This document shows positions 52,151 through 64,000 of a stretch of DNA of 64,000 bases, piece by piece. The first letter of the stretch is position 1; every line of letters begins with the position of its first letter. A program made the position numbers and the translations under genes. Source of the DNA: Octopus vulgaris (taxonomy: Eukaryota); the NCBI GenBank assembly GCA_951406725.2, contig OX597834.1, positions 6,944,001 to 7,008,000 on the forward strand, given 5' to 3'. Below the pieces are notes generated by a model, which saw only the letters and a list, made by a program, of their open reading frames with translations, ran no database searches and was not told the origin of the DNA.

Positions 52151-52330
52151 TAACCCGAGAGTAGATGATATACTCAGTTGGGTTCATTAACTGTATACAT
52201 AACATGAATATTCTTCTGCCAGTAGTTCTCTACCAATGTCTGCATTCATCTATAATTGCTGTGCATGCCTTTTAATTCCGAACCTACTGGGTGCCTTAAC
52301 ATTTAAGTGCCTTATTCACCTGAATTTTGA

Positions 52331-52384
<54 letters not shown>

Positions 52385-52416
52385 TAAATATATACATATA
52401 TAAATAACTGTGTGTT

Positions 52417-52453
<37 letters not shown>

Positions 52454-53339
52454 CTGTATACATATGTGTTGAAATATATACTTATTTTAACATTTGCTTT
52501 TATGTCAAGTTACATACACACTCACATGCACACACAAACACACATACGGACACACACACAAGCACATATATACATACTTACACATCCGATTTTTGCTTTA
52601 TTATTTCATAACAACAAATCACTCTTCAACTTTTCATCGTAAATATCTTGAGATGAAATTATAAACAATCAGATTACACTAATTTAGCAAATTTATTATC
52701 TTAACAACTAAATACTCTTCACCTTTCATCGTAAATCTTTTCGGAAATTATAAACAAATTTATTTATTATTATAATAATTCATTTATTGTTATAGCAAAT
52801 CAGCCTTCATGCTAAATCGCTCGACTTAGTTCTTCTCCCGAGAAAAAAAATCCTTAATCTGATGGATGCTAAGCTAAGCCGACTTTATAATAGAAGAAAT
52901 CTTTAAGAAAGGAAATAGTCAAGATGAAAACAAATTGGCTAATTGAAGTATTCCATGTGGATTTATCGGTTTGGAAACAAGGCGAGAGAATTCCTTTCAG
53001 CAATCTAATTGTGAGGCAATCCGTAGACCAATTCCATGAAGTGAAAGAAAAAAGAACAAGAACGTAGTCATTCGTTTTTATGCCATTGTGAAGCCATATG
53101 TGAGTCTGTTTGAGAACATATTACGAAATGCAGCGCAGAGAAACCAGCGTCCTACTTGAGTATGATATCATGAAAGCACACGTGACCTTCACAGATTTCA
53201 ACAGCATCTCTCTAAGAAACAGTAAAGAAAACAGAACTGGTCAAATTGAAGTTACCACCGTTACAATAGAGAAAGCAGAATAGTCTGGAAGATGCAATAA
53301 ATGTTTACAAATTTTGGCAACAAGGCCAGTAATTTCCAT

Positions 53340-53490
53340 TCGATTTCACTAAAATGGTATTCATGGAACAAATAGTACAGTCTCCGACCAGTGGCAACAA
53401 TATCTTGGATTTATGCTTCGCTTATAGCGTGAATCTCATCCGCAATTGTTAAGGTGTCACCAATGTTTTTCTCAGAGCATAGCATAGTAA
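53340..53490 (+). pseudogene. LINE AP-endonuclease C-terminal fragment
   Basis: FMEQIVQSPTSGNNILDLCF..VSP..SEH. Confidence 0.65.
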
Positions 53491-53528
53491 AACGAAGAAT
53501 CTATTATCGAATGCAAATCCAAGATGCA

Positions 53529-53757
53529 TACCTATTTCTGTATTACCCACAAGGGGCTAAACACAGAGGGGACAAACAAGGACAGACATAGGTATTAAGT
53601 CGATTACATCGACCCCAGTGCGTAACTGGTACTTAATTTATCGACCCCGAAAGGATGAAAGGCAAAGTCGACCTCGGCGGAATTTGAACTCAGAACGTAA
53701 AGGTAGACGAAATACCGCTAAGCATTTCGCCCGGCGTGCTAACGTATCTGCCAGCTC
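53529..53757 (-). mobile_element. SINE family B monomer plus the first bases of the next unit
   Basis: Ends GAAATA-GGTAT on the minus strand. Confidence 0.9.
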
Positions 53758-54029
53758 TGCATACCGTAGAGGAAGTACCCGTGTGATCACTCCAATGGCA
53801 TTCTAGCATGGTTGCTACAGCTTCAAGCTGTAGCAAACTTTTATTTAAAGCCGTAAACATCTTCGCAAACTGTTACTCAGAGTTTCACGTTATCATACTT
53901 CAGCCAGAAGCTATACAAGCCATGCTAGAACGCCACCATTGGAGTGATTACGCGTTTATTTCATTATTTTTCTGGAGCCCTACGTACATAATTGCTCTAG
54001 GTAAATGTGGTACCACATTTAGGTAAATA

Positions 54030-54445
54030 GGCGCAGGAGTGGCTGTGTGATAAGTAGCTTGCTTACCAACCGCATGGTTCCGGGTTCAGTCCCACTGCGT
54101 GACATCTTGGACAAGTGTCTTCTGCTATAGCCCCGGGTCGACCAATGACTTGTGAGTGGATTTGGTAGACGGAAACTGAAAGAAGCCTGTCGTATATATG
54201 TATATATATATATATATGTGTGTGTGTATGTGTTTGTGTGTCTGTGTTTGTCCCCCTAGCATTGCTTGACAACCGATGCTGGTGTGTTTACGCCCCCGTC
54301 ACCTAGCGGTTCGGCAAAAGAGACCGATAGAATAAGTACTGGGCTTACAAGGAATAAGTCCCGAGTTCGATTTACTCGACTAAAAGGCGGTGCTCCAGCA
54401 TGGCCGCAGTCAAATGACTGAAACAAGTAAAAGAGTAAAAGAGAG
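54030..54445 (+). mobile_element. SINE family A
   Basis: Family consensus match. Confidence 0.9.
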
Positions 54446-54479
54446 AGCTGGATATTTACATTTCTTGCCCTGATGTGGG

Positions 54480-54740
54480 TTTATTAGCTGCCTCAAAATT
54501 CGTTATAATCTTTTTAAACATATCATCCTTGTGAAACTCTGACGTTGTTGACAAGATATTAAAAAGCTGTGGGCATTTGGGCCCTAATGTATCACAGCAT
54601 TGTGTCCTTACTCTTGATAGAATTTATGCAAACTCTGTTAATATGCAGCAGCGTCCAGTTCGGGCGCTGGTATAGTTTTCAATTCCAAAGTTAGTCGTAA
54701 AACCCTCTAGAATTTTCCATATATAAATCGAGCCGATTTT
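54480..54740 (-). pseudogene. CR1-group LINE ORF2 C-terminal remnant
   Basis: IYIWKILEG..NFGIENYTSARTGRCC..PQLFNIL. Confidence 0.65.
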
Positions 54741-55128
54741 GTTTCAGGATCCCTTTTTTAAACGACTTCAGCCACCTATATCACAGTTCAGGCTGAGTAA
54801 GCTTCGAGTAGTATCTCTGCGGTATACATCTTCGATTATAGATTGCTCGTTCTACTATACTATGTATGATCTGAGAATAACACTGGGGTCACCTTAGTAA
54901 TTGCAGCTGAAATTCATGTTATTTGAGAAGTATAGATCCAAAATATTGCTGTCACTGGTCGGATACTGAAGAGGATTTCGGGTTGAAGAAAGGCATATTA
55001 TTCTACCTTTAGTATTGGAGTACTATCTTCCCTCCTTGTTTTGCATTTATATGCTCAATTGCATGCGGTGTGCGTGTTTGTAAATATATATATATGCATA
55101 TATATGTATATATATGTATGTATATATA

Positions 55129-55185
<57 letters not shown>

Positions 55186-56398
55186 TATATATATATATAT
55201 ATATTAATAAATAAAATAAAACATATGCATATATATAAACATATATGTACGTACCTACCTCTACATGTACATATACACGCATATATGAGTACAGGACACC
55301 AAAAAGACGTCGAACACAACGAGAAACGAAAACATAAACACAAACCAAAGGAACTGGACATTTTTTTAAACAACAAAAAAATAGAGTACAGGACAATTAA
55401 CACAAAGAAAAAAACCCCTTCTTCAGTCGCTATGGTTTCATCTACTCTACGTTTCGAAGGTGAAAGCGAGACGTATCTTCGACAAGAAACTTTCCTTCCT
55501 GCGAAAAGCAAATCAATTAAAATTCTGAGATCTTTTCACAGAGGGGTAATATATATATATATATATATATATATGCATATGTATATATATATATATGTGT
55601 GTTTATATAGTTTGTATACACATATATAATATATATGTGTATTTTAAGCAGATACACACATACACGTATAATTACATTTGCATATATATGCACACAACCT
55701 CGTCGTCTAAATCGCCTCTATATTCGTTCACGATGTTCACAGTCGAATATACAGTTCTTTAGAGAGTAGTGTTGTGTAAAAGATTGTATCCTTTTCTGTT
55801 TGGCACCTTTTAGATTTGTTTGAACGAATTTATTTTTATTTCGGTATTTCAAACTTGGACGAGTTTGCACAGCCTGCGTTGTGTTTCCGAGCAATCTTTC
55901 AAATATACATGAATGGTCTTTATTTAAGAAATCGAGAAAGGACGCTGGTTTTTGAGAAAACAAGAGGAAGGACGAGCGGAAAGAAAAAGAAGAAACTGGA
56001 ATGAGAAAAAATAAAGAAGAAAATTAAGAGTTGCATCACTTTGGAACGTTTGAAACAGGATTAATATGCTAGGTTTAAATTAATTCAATGGGAAAGTCAA
56101 AAATTGCGATACCATATGTTTAATACGAAGAGGGTGGTGCGGTCCAGTTCAATAACAGAAATTTATCCAGATGCACACATTTAATAAAAGTTTCAAATCT
56201 GGAATTTAGTAGATCAGTAGAGCTCTAAAATCTAAATAGAATACGAGCTCTCTCGGCTAAACAAAGCCTGTATTTATTTGATCAATTACCATATATTGTT
56301 GATCATTTCACGATGCTCTACTTGATGAGGTGTTGTATGTAATTGACCTTCAGGTCGCGGATATAACTGGCTAACTTCGTGGGTCTCTTATGGATGGA

Positions 56399-56783
56399 TG
56401 GAAGCACTCCGTCGGTTACGACGATGAGGGTTCCGGTTGATCCGAATCAACGGAACAGCCTGCTCGTGAAATTAACGTGTAAGTGGCTGAGCACTCCACA
56501 GACACGTGCACCCTTAACGTAGTTCTCGGGGATATTCAGCGTGACACAGAGAGTGACAAGGCCGGCCCTTTGAAATACAGGTACAACAGGAACAGGAAAT
56601 AAGAGTGAGAGAAAGTTGTGGTGAAAGAGTACAGCAGGGATCACCACCATCCCTTGCCGGAGCCTCGTGGAGCTTTTAGGTGTTTTCGCTCAATAAACAC
56701 TCACAACGCTCGGTCTGGGAATCGAAACCGCGATCCTATGACCCCGAGTCCGCTGCCCTAACCACTGGGCCATTGCGCCTCCA
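56399..56783 (-). mobile_element. SINE family C, tail type 1, TSD GGGTCTCTTAT
   Basis: Matches 9568 and 62941. Confidence 0.9.
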
Positions 56784-56899
56784 CGGGTCTCTTATACATG
56801 TGTCAGAAAGAAGACTGGTGGCTAGCGTACGTTTTAGTAAAAACCCTTTCGCATATGCCAATGTTCTTTTGTTTTGAGCTTACTTATTTGGCAGCGTTG

Positions 56900-56973
56900 C
56901 TGAGACTTCAGTTTCACTAAGTTTGCTATACAAGCTATTACTCAGAGTTACAGGTAATAGTTCATCAGACAGT
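56900..56973 (-). ncRNA. Type I hammerhead motif, slightly decayed
   Basis: ACUGU-CUGAUGA-ACUA..UAGU-GAAA-CUGAAG-UC-UCAG. Confidence 0.6.
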
Positions 56974-57001
56974 TTTGATAATACATACTAGTATTATTAC
57001 A

Positions 57002-57037
57002 ACTGTCTGATGAAAGGTTATGTGAAACTGTAATAGT
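57002..57037 (+). ncRNA. Hammerhead-like remnant, back-to-back with 56900-56973
   Basis: ACUGU-CUGAUGA-(weak stem II)-GAAA-CUG-UA-AUAGU. Confidence 0.4.
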
Positions 57038-57089
57038 CCGTGTAGTTTTCTTTCGGCGGCTGTAATAAAACAGTATGTGTATATATATC

Positions 57090-57170
<81 letters not shown>

Positions 57171-57194
57171 GTATACATACATACATACATGAAC

Positions 57195-57456
57195 GGCAGT
57201 TCCTCAGAATGGCCGCAGTTCCCGCGTTTAAACTAGTAAAAGAATATAACGGAGTCTGGATAGATTCCTTCAAGGAATACCAGATAAGCCACCCATAATT
57301 GGATACAACTCACCCAACAAAAACTCACTACTTGAATGGACCATAAACAAAACTTGACTTAAACAGATTCAAATAATCCTATCAGGTGGTGCTATTAAGT
57401 TAGACATGGCCTGGACCAATCTTTGGTCAAAACATATCTAAGTTTATCTAAGTTTA
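57195..57456 (+). mobile_element. LINE 3' end (CR1/L2 group) with (ATCTAAGTTT)2 tail
   Basis: DSF.KEIPDKPPIIGYNSPNKNSLLEW-like C-terminus. Confidence 0.55.
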
Positions 57457-57634
57457 TATATGTATGTATATATGTATGTATGTATATGTATGTATATGTA
57501 TGTATGTATATATATATATGTGTGTGTGTGTATGTGTGTATGTATATCTGTATATATATATGTATGTATATATATATATATGTAAATATGTTTATATATA
57601 TATATATTTATGTATGTATGTATATATATATGTA

Positions 57635-57760
57635 TGAGGAGAAGATTGCATTGTTTATACCATTTATTCTTTTGAATAGTATCAGTGGAATTTTCGAAAC
57701 ATGTGTCGAAAGTAAAAATATTTGATTACACCTGCGTTAAACTCCATTTATCTATTCATA
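57635..57760 (+). mobile_element. 5'-truncated relative of the 22093-22222 HHR element in a TA tract
   Basis: GAGAAGATTGCATT..TTCGAAACAT.TGTCGAAAGTAAAA..AACTCCATTTAT. Confidence 0.7.
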
Positions 57761-57765
57761 TATAC

Positions 57766-57839
<74 letters not shown>

Positions 57840-58464
57840 ATTTATATATATATATATGTATGTATATTTATGTATATATATATATGTATGTATATTTATG
57901 TATATATATATGTATGTATGTATGTATATATATATATATGTGTGTGTGTGTATATGGATGTGATATTTATACATTACGCTTATTTCATACATGCACACGC
58001 ACCTATATGTTTGGACTTACGTTTCCAGTTTTATGTGTGTGTGTGTGTGTGTCTACATATATACACTCACAGTTAAACATAAACCTACACTCATACGTAT
58101 AGTTATATAAAAACACACACACAGACACACACATACACACACACACACACACACACATTACCAAGTGATGAAAATCCACTTTTTTGCAGCCTCCTTCATC
58201 TAAGACAGACCATAAACTATAACAAAAGTAGCTGCCAATGATGTTGAAAGATATTCTATAGAAATGCTGGCAAATAAATTGCAGAACGCTATATTTTATC
58301 TCTAAAACTTAGTCTTGTCTTTTTTTGGCTGCCATATTTTTCTCTTTTCTACATCGTCTTTCCTGCTTCTTCGATTGTCTTGAAGCATTTTTGTTTTTGT
58401 TCCTTTTGTTGTTTTCCATCTTCATGTAGTAAGTCTTCTTGTTTTTGTTCTTGTTCTCCTTGAT

Positions 58465-58484
58465 TTCTTCTTCTTCTTCTTCTT

Positions 58485-58572
<88 letters not shown>

Positions 58573-58743
58573 TTGCTGTTCTTCTTCTACTTGTTGTTGT
58601 TGTTGTTGTTGTTGTTCTTCTTCTTCTTCTTCTTCTTCTTCTTTTTCTTCTTCTTTTTCTTCTTCTTTTTCTTCTTCTTCTTCTTGTTCTTCTTGTTCTT
58701 CTTGTTCTTGTTCTTCTTCTTCTTCTTGTTCTTCTTCTTCTTC

Positions 58744-58775
<32 letters not shown>

Positions 58776-58850
58776 CTTTCATTCTTCTTCTTCTTCTTCT
58801 TCTTCTTCTTCTTTCATTCTTCTTCTTCTTCTCCTTCTTCTCCTTCTCGC
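58465..58850. repeat. (TTC)n(TTA)n(TTG)n compound microsatellite
   Basis: Direct inspection. Confidence 0.95.
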
Positions 58851-59443
58851 TGTTCTTTTATCTCTTTTACCTTGTTTTGGTTCTTGTCTTTTACTTCTGT
58901 TTTTGGTAATTCCTCAGCTTCTTTGCTTTTGTCTTCCTTCCTAGTCAGCATTGTAATTCTTCATTATGCCTTCTTCTCTCCGCTTCTACATTCTCTCCCT
59001 ACCCTCCTTCTCCCCGCTCTCTCCCCCTCTTTCTCCTCAAAGTAAAGATTTCCCATAAAGAAGATATAAACGCGGAGTAGGCTGTTGTTACCGTATCCTT
59101 GCTCAAACTGGCTGACTGAGCAGTTCTAATCCTCTCTCAATAAACTGGAATAAGGTGTCTGATGTTACAAATCCCATTATCCTTACATCATACCTTACTT
59201 CTGCTGTTACCCCCTACTTACAATTCACTTTTACACGCATTTATATCTTTAGTTTTATTTCGCACTACAATTGCCCAGTTAAACGCCTTTCATTTGAAAT
59301 AGAATTTTCTAGATGCTATTTTCATTCATCTCTTCTCTGAATAAATAATTATCAATTAATGGAATATTCCATCTTGAGTTTACCCATGGAAAAATATCAG
59401 GAGCAAAATTAAGGAAAAATACATGTAAATGGTATACATCAGG

Positions 59444-59760
59444 TCCTTTCATCTTTTCGGGGTCGATTAAATAAGTACCAGTTACGCACTGGGGTCGATA
59501 TAATCGACTTAATCCGTTTGTCTGTCCTTGTTTGTCCCCTCTGTGTTTAGCCTCTTGTGAGTAGTAAAGAAATAGGTATTTCGTCTGTCGCTACGTTCTG
59601 AGTTCAAATTCCGCCGAGGTCGACTTTGCCTTTCAAACCTTCGGGTCGATAAATTAAGTACCAGTTACGCACTGGGGTCGATATAATCGACTTAATCTGT
59701 TTGTCTGTCATTGTTTGTCCTCTCTGTGTTTAGCCTCTTGTGGGTAAGTAAAGAAATAAG
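59444..59760 (+). mobile_element. SINE family B dimer, 5'-truncated
   Basis: Junction AGAAATA|GGTATTTCGTCTG near 59575. Confidence 0.9.
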
Positions 59761-59767
59761 TACATAT

Positions 59768-60880
59768 CAGGTCGTTCGGAAATTTTTGAGTGTTTTTTTA
59801 AGGATGGAAATAAAGGAAATTTATTTGTATTACGATAATTTTTATTCATCAAAGTAACCTTTATTTTTGTTGAAGTCCATCAATACGGTAGCTTCAGAAT
59901 TCCATCTGCGTGGGACCAAGCTGTCTTGGAGAGAAAGAAATTATCGAGGTGGCTTTTGATTGCATTAGAATTTAGAATCATTAAATGATGTTCCGTTGAA
60001 AAAATTTTGCAGAGACTTGAACAAATGAAAGTTATAAGGGCGCAATATCGGGCGAGTATTGTGGATGCGGTAAGAGATCCAAACCAAACTCATGCACCAA
60101 ACGGGTAGACAAAGAGAGATGAGGTCTGGCGTTGTCTAAGAGAAACAATACCCTTTGCTTGTTGGCTAGTTTTGGCGATTTCCTCTCAGCAGCACACAAC
60201 GGAATTGATGGTCTGATTGCCTGATAGTATCTCAAAATAGATAATGGTTTTGAAATCCCAGTAAACACAAAGCATAACTTATTTTGCATGAATATTTAAC
60301 TTCGACAGTTGTTTGATGGATTCTGACACAATCGCTGGGATCGTTTCCACACTGTCGTATCGTAGACAATCCATTTTTCATCTACACTCACAGTCGCTTC
60401 AATAATTATTGCTTCATGGTGTTTGAATTGCATGTTGCAGATAGAATGCAGATCCATGTAGCTTTGTCGCAAACTCCCACGTCGTGAATGTTGGACTGAC
60501 TCCAATGTTTACCCTCAAAGGATTGTCATCCAACTCTGAAGGTTTTTTTAAGCTGAACCCTCCAGGTTTAAATTTTACAAACCATTTCAGAACGATTGGT
60601 TTACTGGCAACACCTTCACCTAACATTTCCCAAATGGCTTTACACGTTTTTGTAGCGTTTTCATCCTTTCTAATAATGAAAAGTATTAACCTGCCAAAAA
60701 GAAAACTTTTGGTTAACCATTACCGAACTCGATAAAGGCTGATAAAACTAAGAGATAGACTGACTTTTCGTGAGCAACGTAACCGGTAGATAACCACACC
60801 GCAAATGCAGATAGCATAACAGTCGTACCTACATTACATGCTGTATGAATTGCTTAAAGACACAACTGTCGTTCAAAGAA
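59768..60880 (-). mobile_element. Mariner (DD34D) transposon remnant
   Basis: DEKWIVYD, LLDNARPH, LLPHPQYSPDIAP across frameshifted ORFs. Confidence 0.9.
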
Positions 60881-61399
60881 AAATGCTTAACCGCATTTCG
60901 TCACCAACTTTACGAGCTGATATAGAAAAGCTTCCCGACAGATGGCAGCATAAGGTAACATGCGCAGTGAGAGCTAGCAGGGATCTTTATGAGGTAGTGT
61001 GCTGAGTAATAACTTGTGAAATTTGCGTTTTTCTTATTTCTTTACTGCCCACAAGGGACTAGACACAGAGGGGACAAACAAGGACAGACAAACGGATTAA
61101 GTCGATTAAGTCTACCCCAGTGCGTAACTGGTACTTATTTATCCACTTAATCCACTCCACCACTCCCGAAATTTCTGGCCTTGTGCCAAAATTTGAAATC
61201 AATATTTTAAATAAATGGTTAGATAATATCCGTTATATGTATAAATGTAAATTCGTTCAGTTTCATAATGTGAGATGCTACTGTTCGAAAAACGAAAGTT
61301 TTCGACTAAACTGTTAAATTGCTAACCATTGATGTCTATGCATGGGAACAAATTTCGTAATTTTTGAATATTCAATCTAACTAAAACGGGCTGCCACAG

Positions 61400-61870
61400 G
61401 ATAATTCTATAATCCTAGGACTATTTTGATTCTGACGAAGTTTGTAACTTAATTGTGCAATTGATTTTAGACAACTTACAATCAATATTTGAATTTATGG
61501 AACAATTATTGTACAAGAAAGAGGATTAATATCAGCCCGTAATATAAATAGTTCCCTCTTAGATATATTTAGAAAATGCTTAACACATTAAAAAATTTTG
61601 GACTGAAGAACGATGTAAGTGTTAATACTAATGTAATGAAGTTTTAGATATTACTCTTAATTTATTCTGGAGAACCTATGGCCATTTTAGAAAACTTAAT
61701 GAGGTTTATACGATTTAAACATAAGAGCACACTAATCATACTTTTGTCATTTGGAGGAATTTATCTGAGAATAACAGAAAGAGTGTTTCCAGAATTGTTC
61801 TAATAAAGACGTTTAATCGTGCTGCTGCAATTTAAAATAAAACTTTAAGAAGAAACAGTTTCACTGAAAA
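61400..61870 (+). pseudogene. Penelope-like RT C-terminal half, decayed
   Basis: EVCNLI..LY..GL..LDITLNL..YGHFRKLN..NHT..FNRAAAI.NKTL resembles PLE EVCELV..LYRDDGL..FLDVTLNL..YRKPN..SNHP. Confidence 0.65.
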
Positions 61871-61986
61871 AAATCCTGTGAATTCCCAGACTGTATATTA
61901 ATGATGCCAACGATGACTGAAGGAATGTTATATATTTCACGCTTCTCTTTAGTATTAATGTTAGTTCCAATATTAGCCATTTCTTT

Positions 61987-62790
61987 AAGGTAGTGCGCTG
62001 ACAGAATCGTTAGCACGAGGGGCGAAATGCTTTGCGGTATTCCGTCTGCCTTTACGTTCTGAGTTCAAATTCCACCGAGGTCGACTTTGCCTTTCATCCT
62101 TTCGGGGTCGATTAAATAAGTACCAGTTACACACTGGGGTTGATATAATCGACTTAATCCGTTTGGTTATCCTTGTTTGTCCTCTCTGTGTTTAGCCCCT
62201 TGTGGGTAGTAAAGAAATAGGTATTTCGTCTGCTACTACGTTTTGAGTTCAAATTCCGCCAAGGTCGACTTTGCCGTTCATCCTTTCGGGGTCGATAAAT
62301 AAAGTACCAGTTGAGCACTGGGGTCGATGTAATCGACTTAATCCGTTTGGCTGTCCTTGTTTGTCCTCTCTGTGTTTAGCCCCTTGTGGGTAGTAAAGAA
62401 ATAGGTATTTCGTCTGCTACTACGTTTTGAGTTCAAATTCCGCCAAGGTCGACTTTGCCGTTCATCCTTTCGGGGTCGATAAATAAAGTACCAGTTGAGC
62501 ACTGGGGTCGATGTAATCGACTTAATCCGTTTGTCTGTCCTTGTTTGTCCCCTCTATGTTTAGCCCCTTGTGGGTAATAAAGAAATAAGAATCGTTAGCA
62601 CGCTACGTAAAATGCTTAGCGGCATTTCGTCCGTCTTCTCGTTCTGAGTTCAAATTCCGCCGATGTCAACTTTACCTTTCATCCTTTCGGGATAGATAAC
62701 ATAAAGTACCAGTTAAACACTGGGGTCGACGTAATCGACTAGCCTCCTCCCCGAAATTTCTGACCTTGTTCCAAAATTTGAAACCAATAT
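61987..62790 (+). mobile_element. SINE family B multimer (three 184-bp units plus a fourth with an alternative tail)
   Basis: Unit starts at 62036, 62220 and 62404; restart at 62588. Confidence 0.9.
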
Positions 62791-62940
62791 TTGGTATTTC
62801 TTTTTGCACTTAGCGTTCTGCTTTCTTATTGACATAAGTTTAATAAAATTCGAAATGAGAATAATTTGAGGTGGACAGAAATTAGGGATATTTTGTTTTC
62901 CGTCTCTGTATTTTGCATAGCTACATTGTATTTATTAGAG

Positions 62941-63323
62941 TGGAGGCGCAATGGCCCAGTGGTTAGGGCAGCGGACTCGCAGTCGTAGGATCGCGGTTTC
63001 GATTCCCAGACCGGGCGTTGTGAGTGTTTATTGAGCGAAAATACCTAAAAGCTCCACGAGGCTCCGGCAGGGGATGGTGGTGATCCCTGCTGTACTCTTT
63101 CACCACAACTTTCTCTCACTCTTACTTCCCGTTTCTGTTGTACCTGTATTTCAAAGGGCCGGCCTTGTCACTCTCTGTGTCACGCTGAATATCCCCGAGA
63201 ACTACGTTAAGGGTACACGTGTCTGTGGAGTACTCAGCCACTTACACGTTAATTTCACGAGCAGGCTGTTCCGTTGATCGGATCAACCGGAACCCTCATC
63301 GTCGTAACCGACGGAGTGCTTCC
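62941..63323 (+). mobile_element. SINE family C, tail type 1
   Basis: Matches 9568; TSD ATTTATTAGA. Confidence 0.9.
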
Positions 63324-63559
63324 ACATTTATTAGAAAATATACTTTTAAGAAGTACCTGAAACGAAGAACGCTAGTAACTTCCCTGGGTGTATTGGGGGA
63401 ATACTATCACCTGCATAGTGTAGAGATATATTATAACTCTTATATTGTAGGTGTGTGTATACTATAGTGTAGCTGTATAGTTTAGCGGTATAGCTGGTAA
63501 TTTTGTACGTAGAGGTGGGTTTGCAATCATATAGTGTAGAAGAATATTGTCACTGGTAT

Positions 63560-63853
63560 TGTGTGCGTGTGTGTGTATGTGTGTATACACACAAATGCAC
63601 ACATACATGTGTTTATGTGAATGTGTGTGTGTGCGTGCATGTCTGTGCATGCATGCATTTATGCATGTATGTATATGCATGCATGTATGAGTGCATGCAT
63701 GTATGTATGTACGTATGTATGTATGTATGTATGAATGTATGTATGTATCTGTCTATATATATATACATGTATATATATTTTTATGTATATTTATATACAT
63801 GTATATATATATATACATGTATATATATATATACATGTATATATATATACATG

Positions 63854-63912
<59 letters not shown>

Positions 63913-63956
63913 GTATATATATATATATACATGTATATATATATGTATATATATAT

Positions 63957-64000
<44 letters not shown>
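63560..64000. repeat. (TG)/(TATG)/(TA) microsatellite
   Basis: Direct inspection. Confidence 0.9.

Noticed and set aside
55415-55460. Permuted (type II-like) HHR: GAAACGUA upstream of CUGAAGA on the minus strand in a TA-flanked element
   Set aside because: Stem I does not pair and the stem II register is off; a family consensus would be needed to revisit it

Overview
AT-rich, repeat-saturated animal genomic DNA with no host protein-coding exon I can support. The SINE families and microsatellite load resemble an octopod cephalopod (Octopus-like; inference). Contents: four tRNA-derived SINE families, decayed LINE fragments (RTE, CR1-like, R4/Dong-like), Tc1/mariner/maT/pogo remnants, two MITEs with 8-bp TSDs and internal telomere-like repeats, a Helitron fragment, four Penelope-like (PLE) coding remnants and long microsatellites. 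The main hidden signal is a dense set of minimal type I hammerhead ribozyme (HHR) motifs: about 14 near-complete plus several decayed. Most have a different self-complementary stem III, and most sit in short non-coding elements at (TA)n tracts, often as fold-back palindromes. Other highlights are an LTR rearranged through its tRNA-Trp primer-binding site, a SINE that forms 184-bp head-to-tail multimers with a fixed hairpin junction, a short mobile element with one and possibly two HHRs, and an insertion that captured an inverted copy of flanking DNA. All calls were made by eye and boundaries are approximate.
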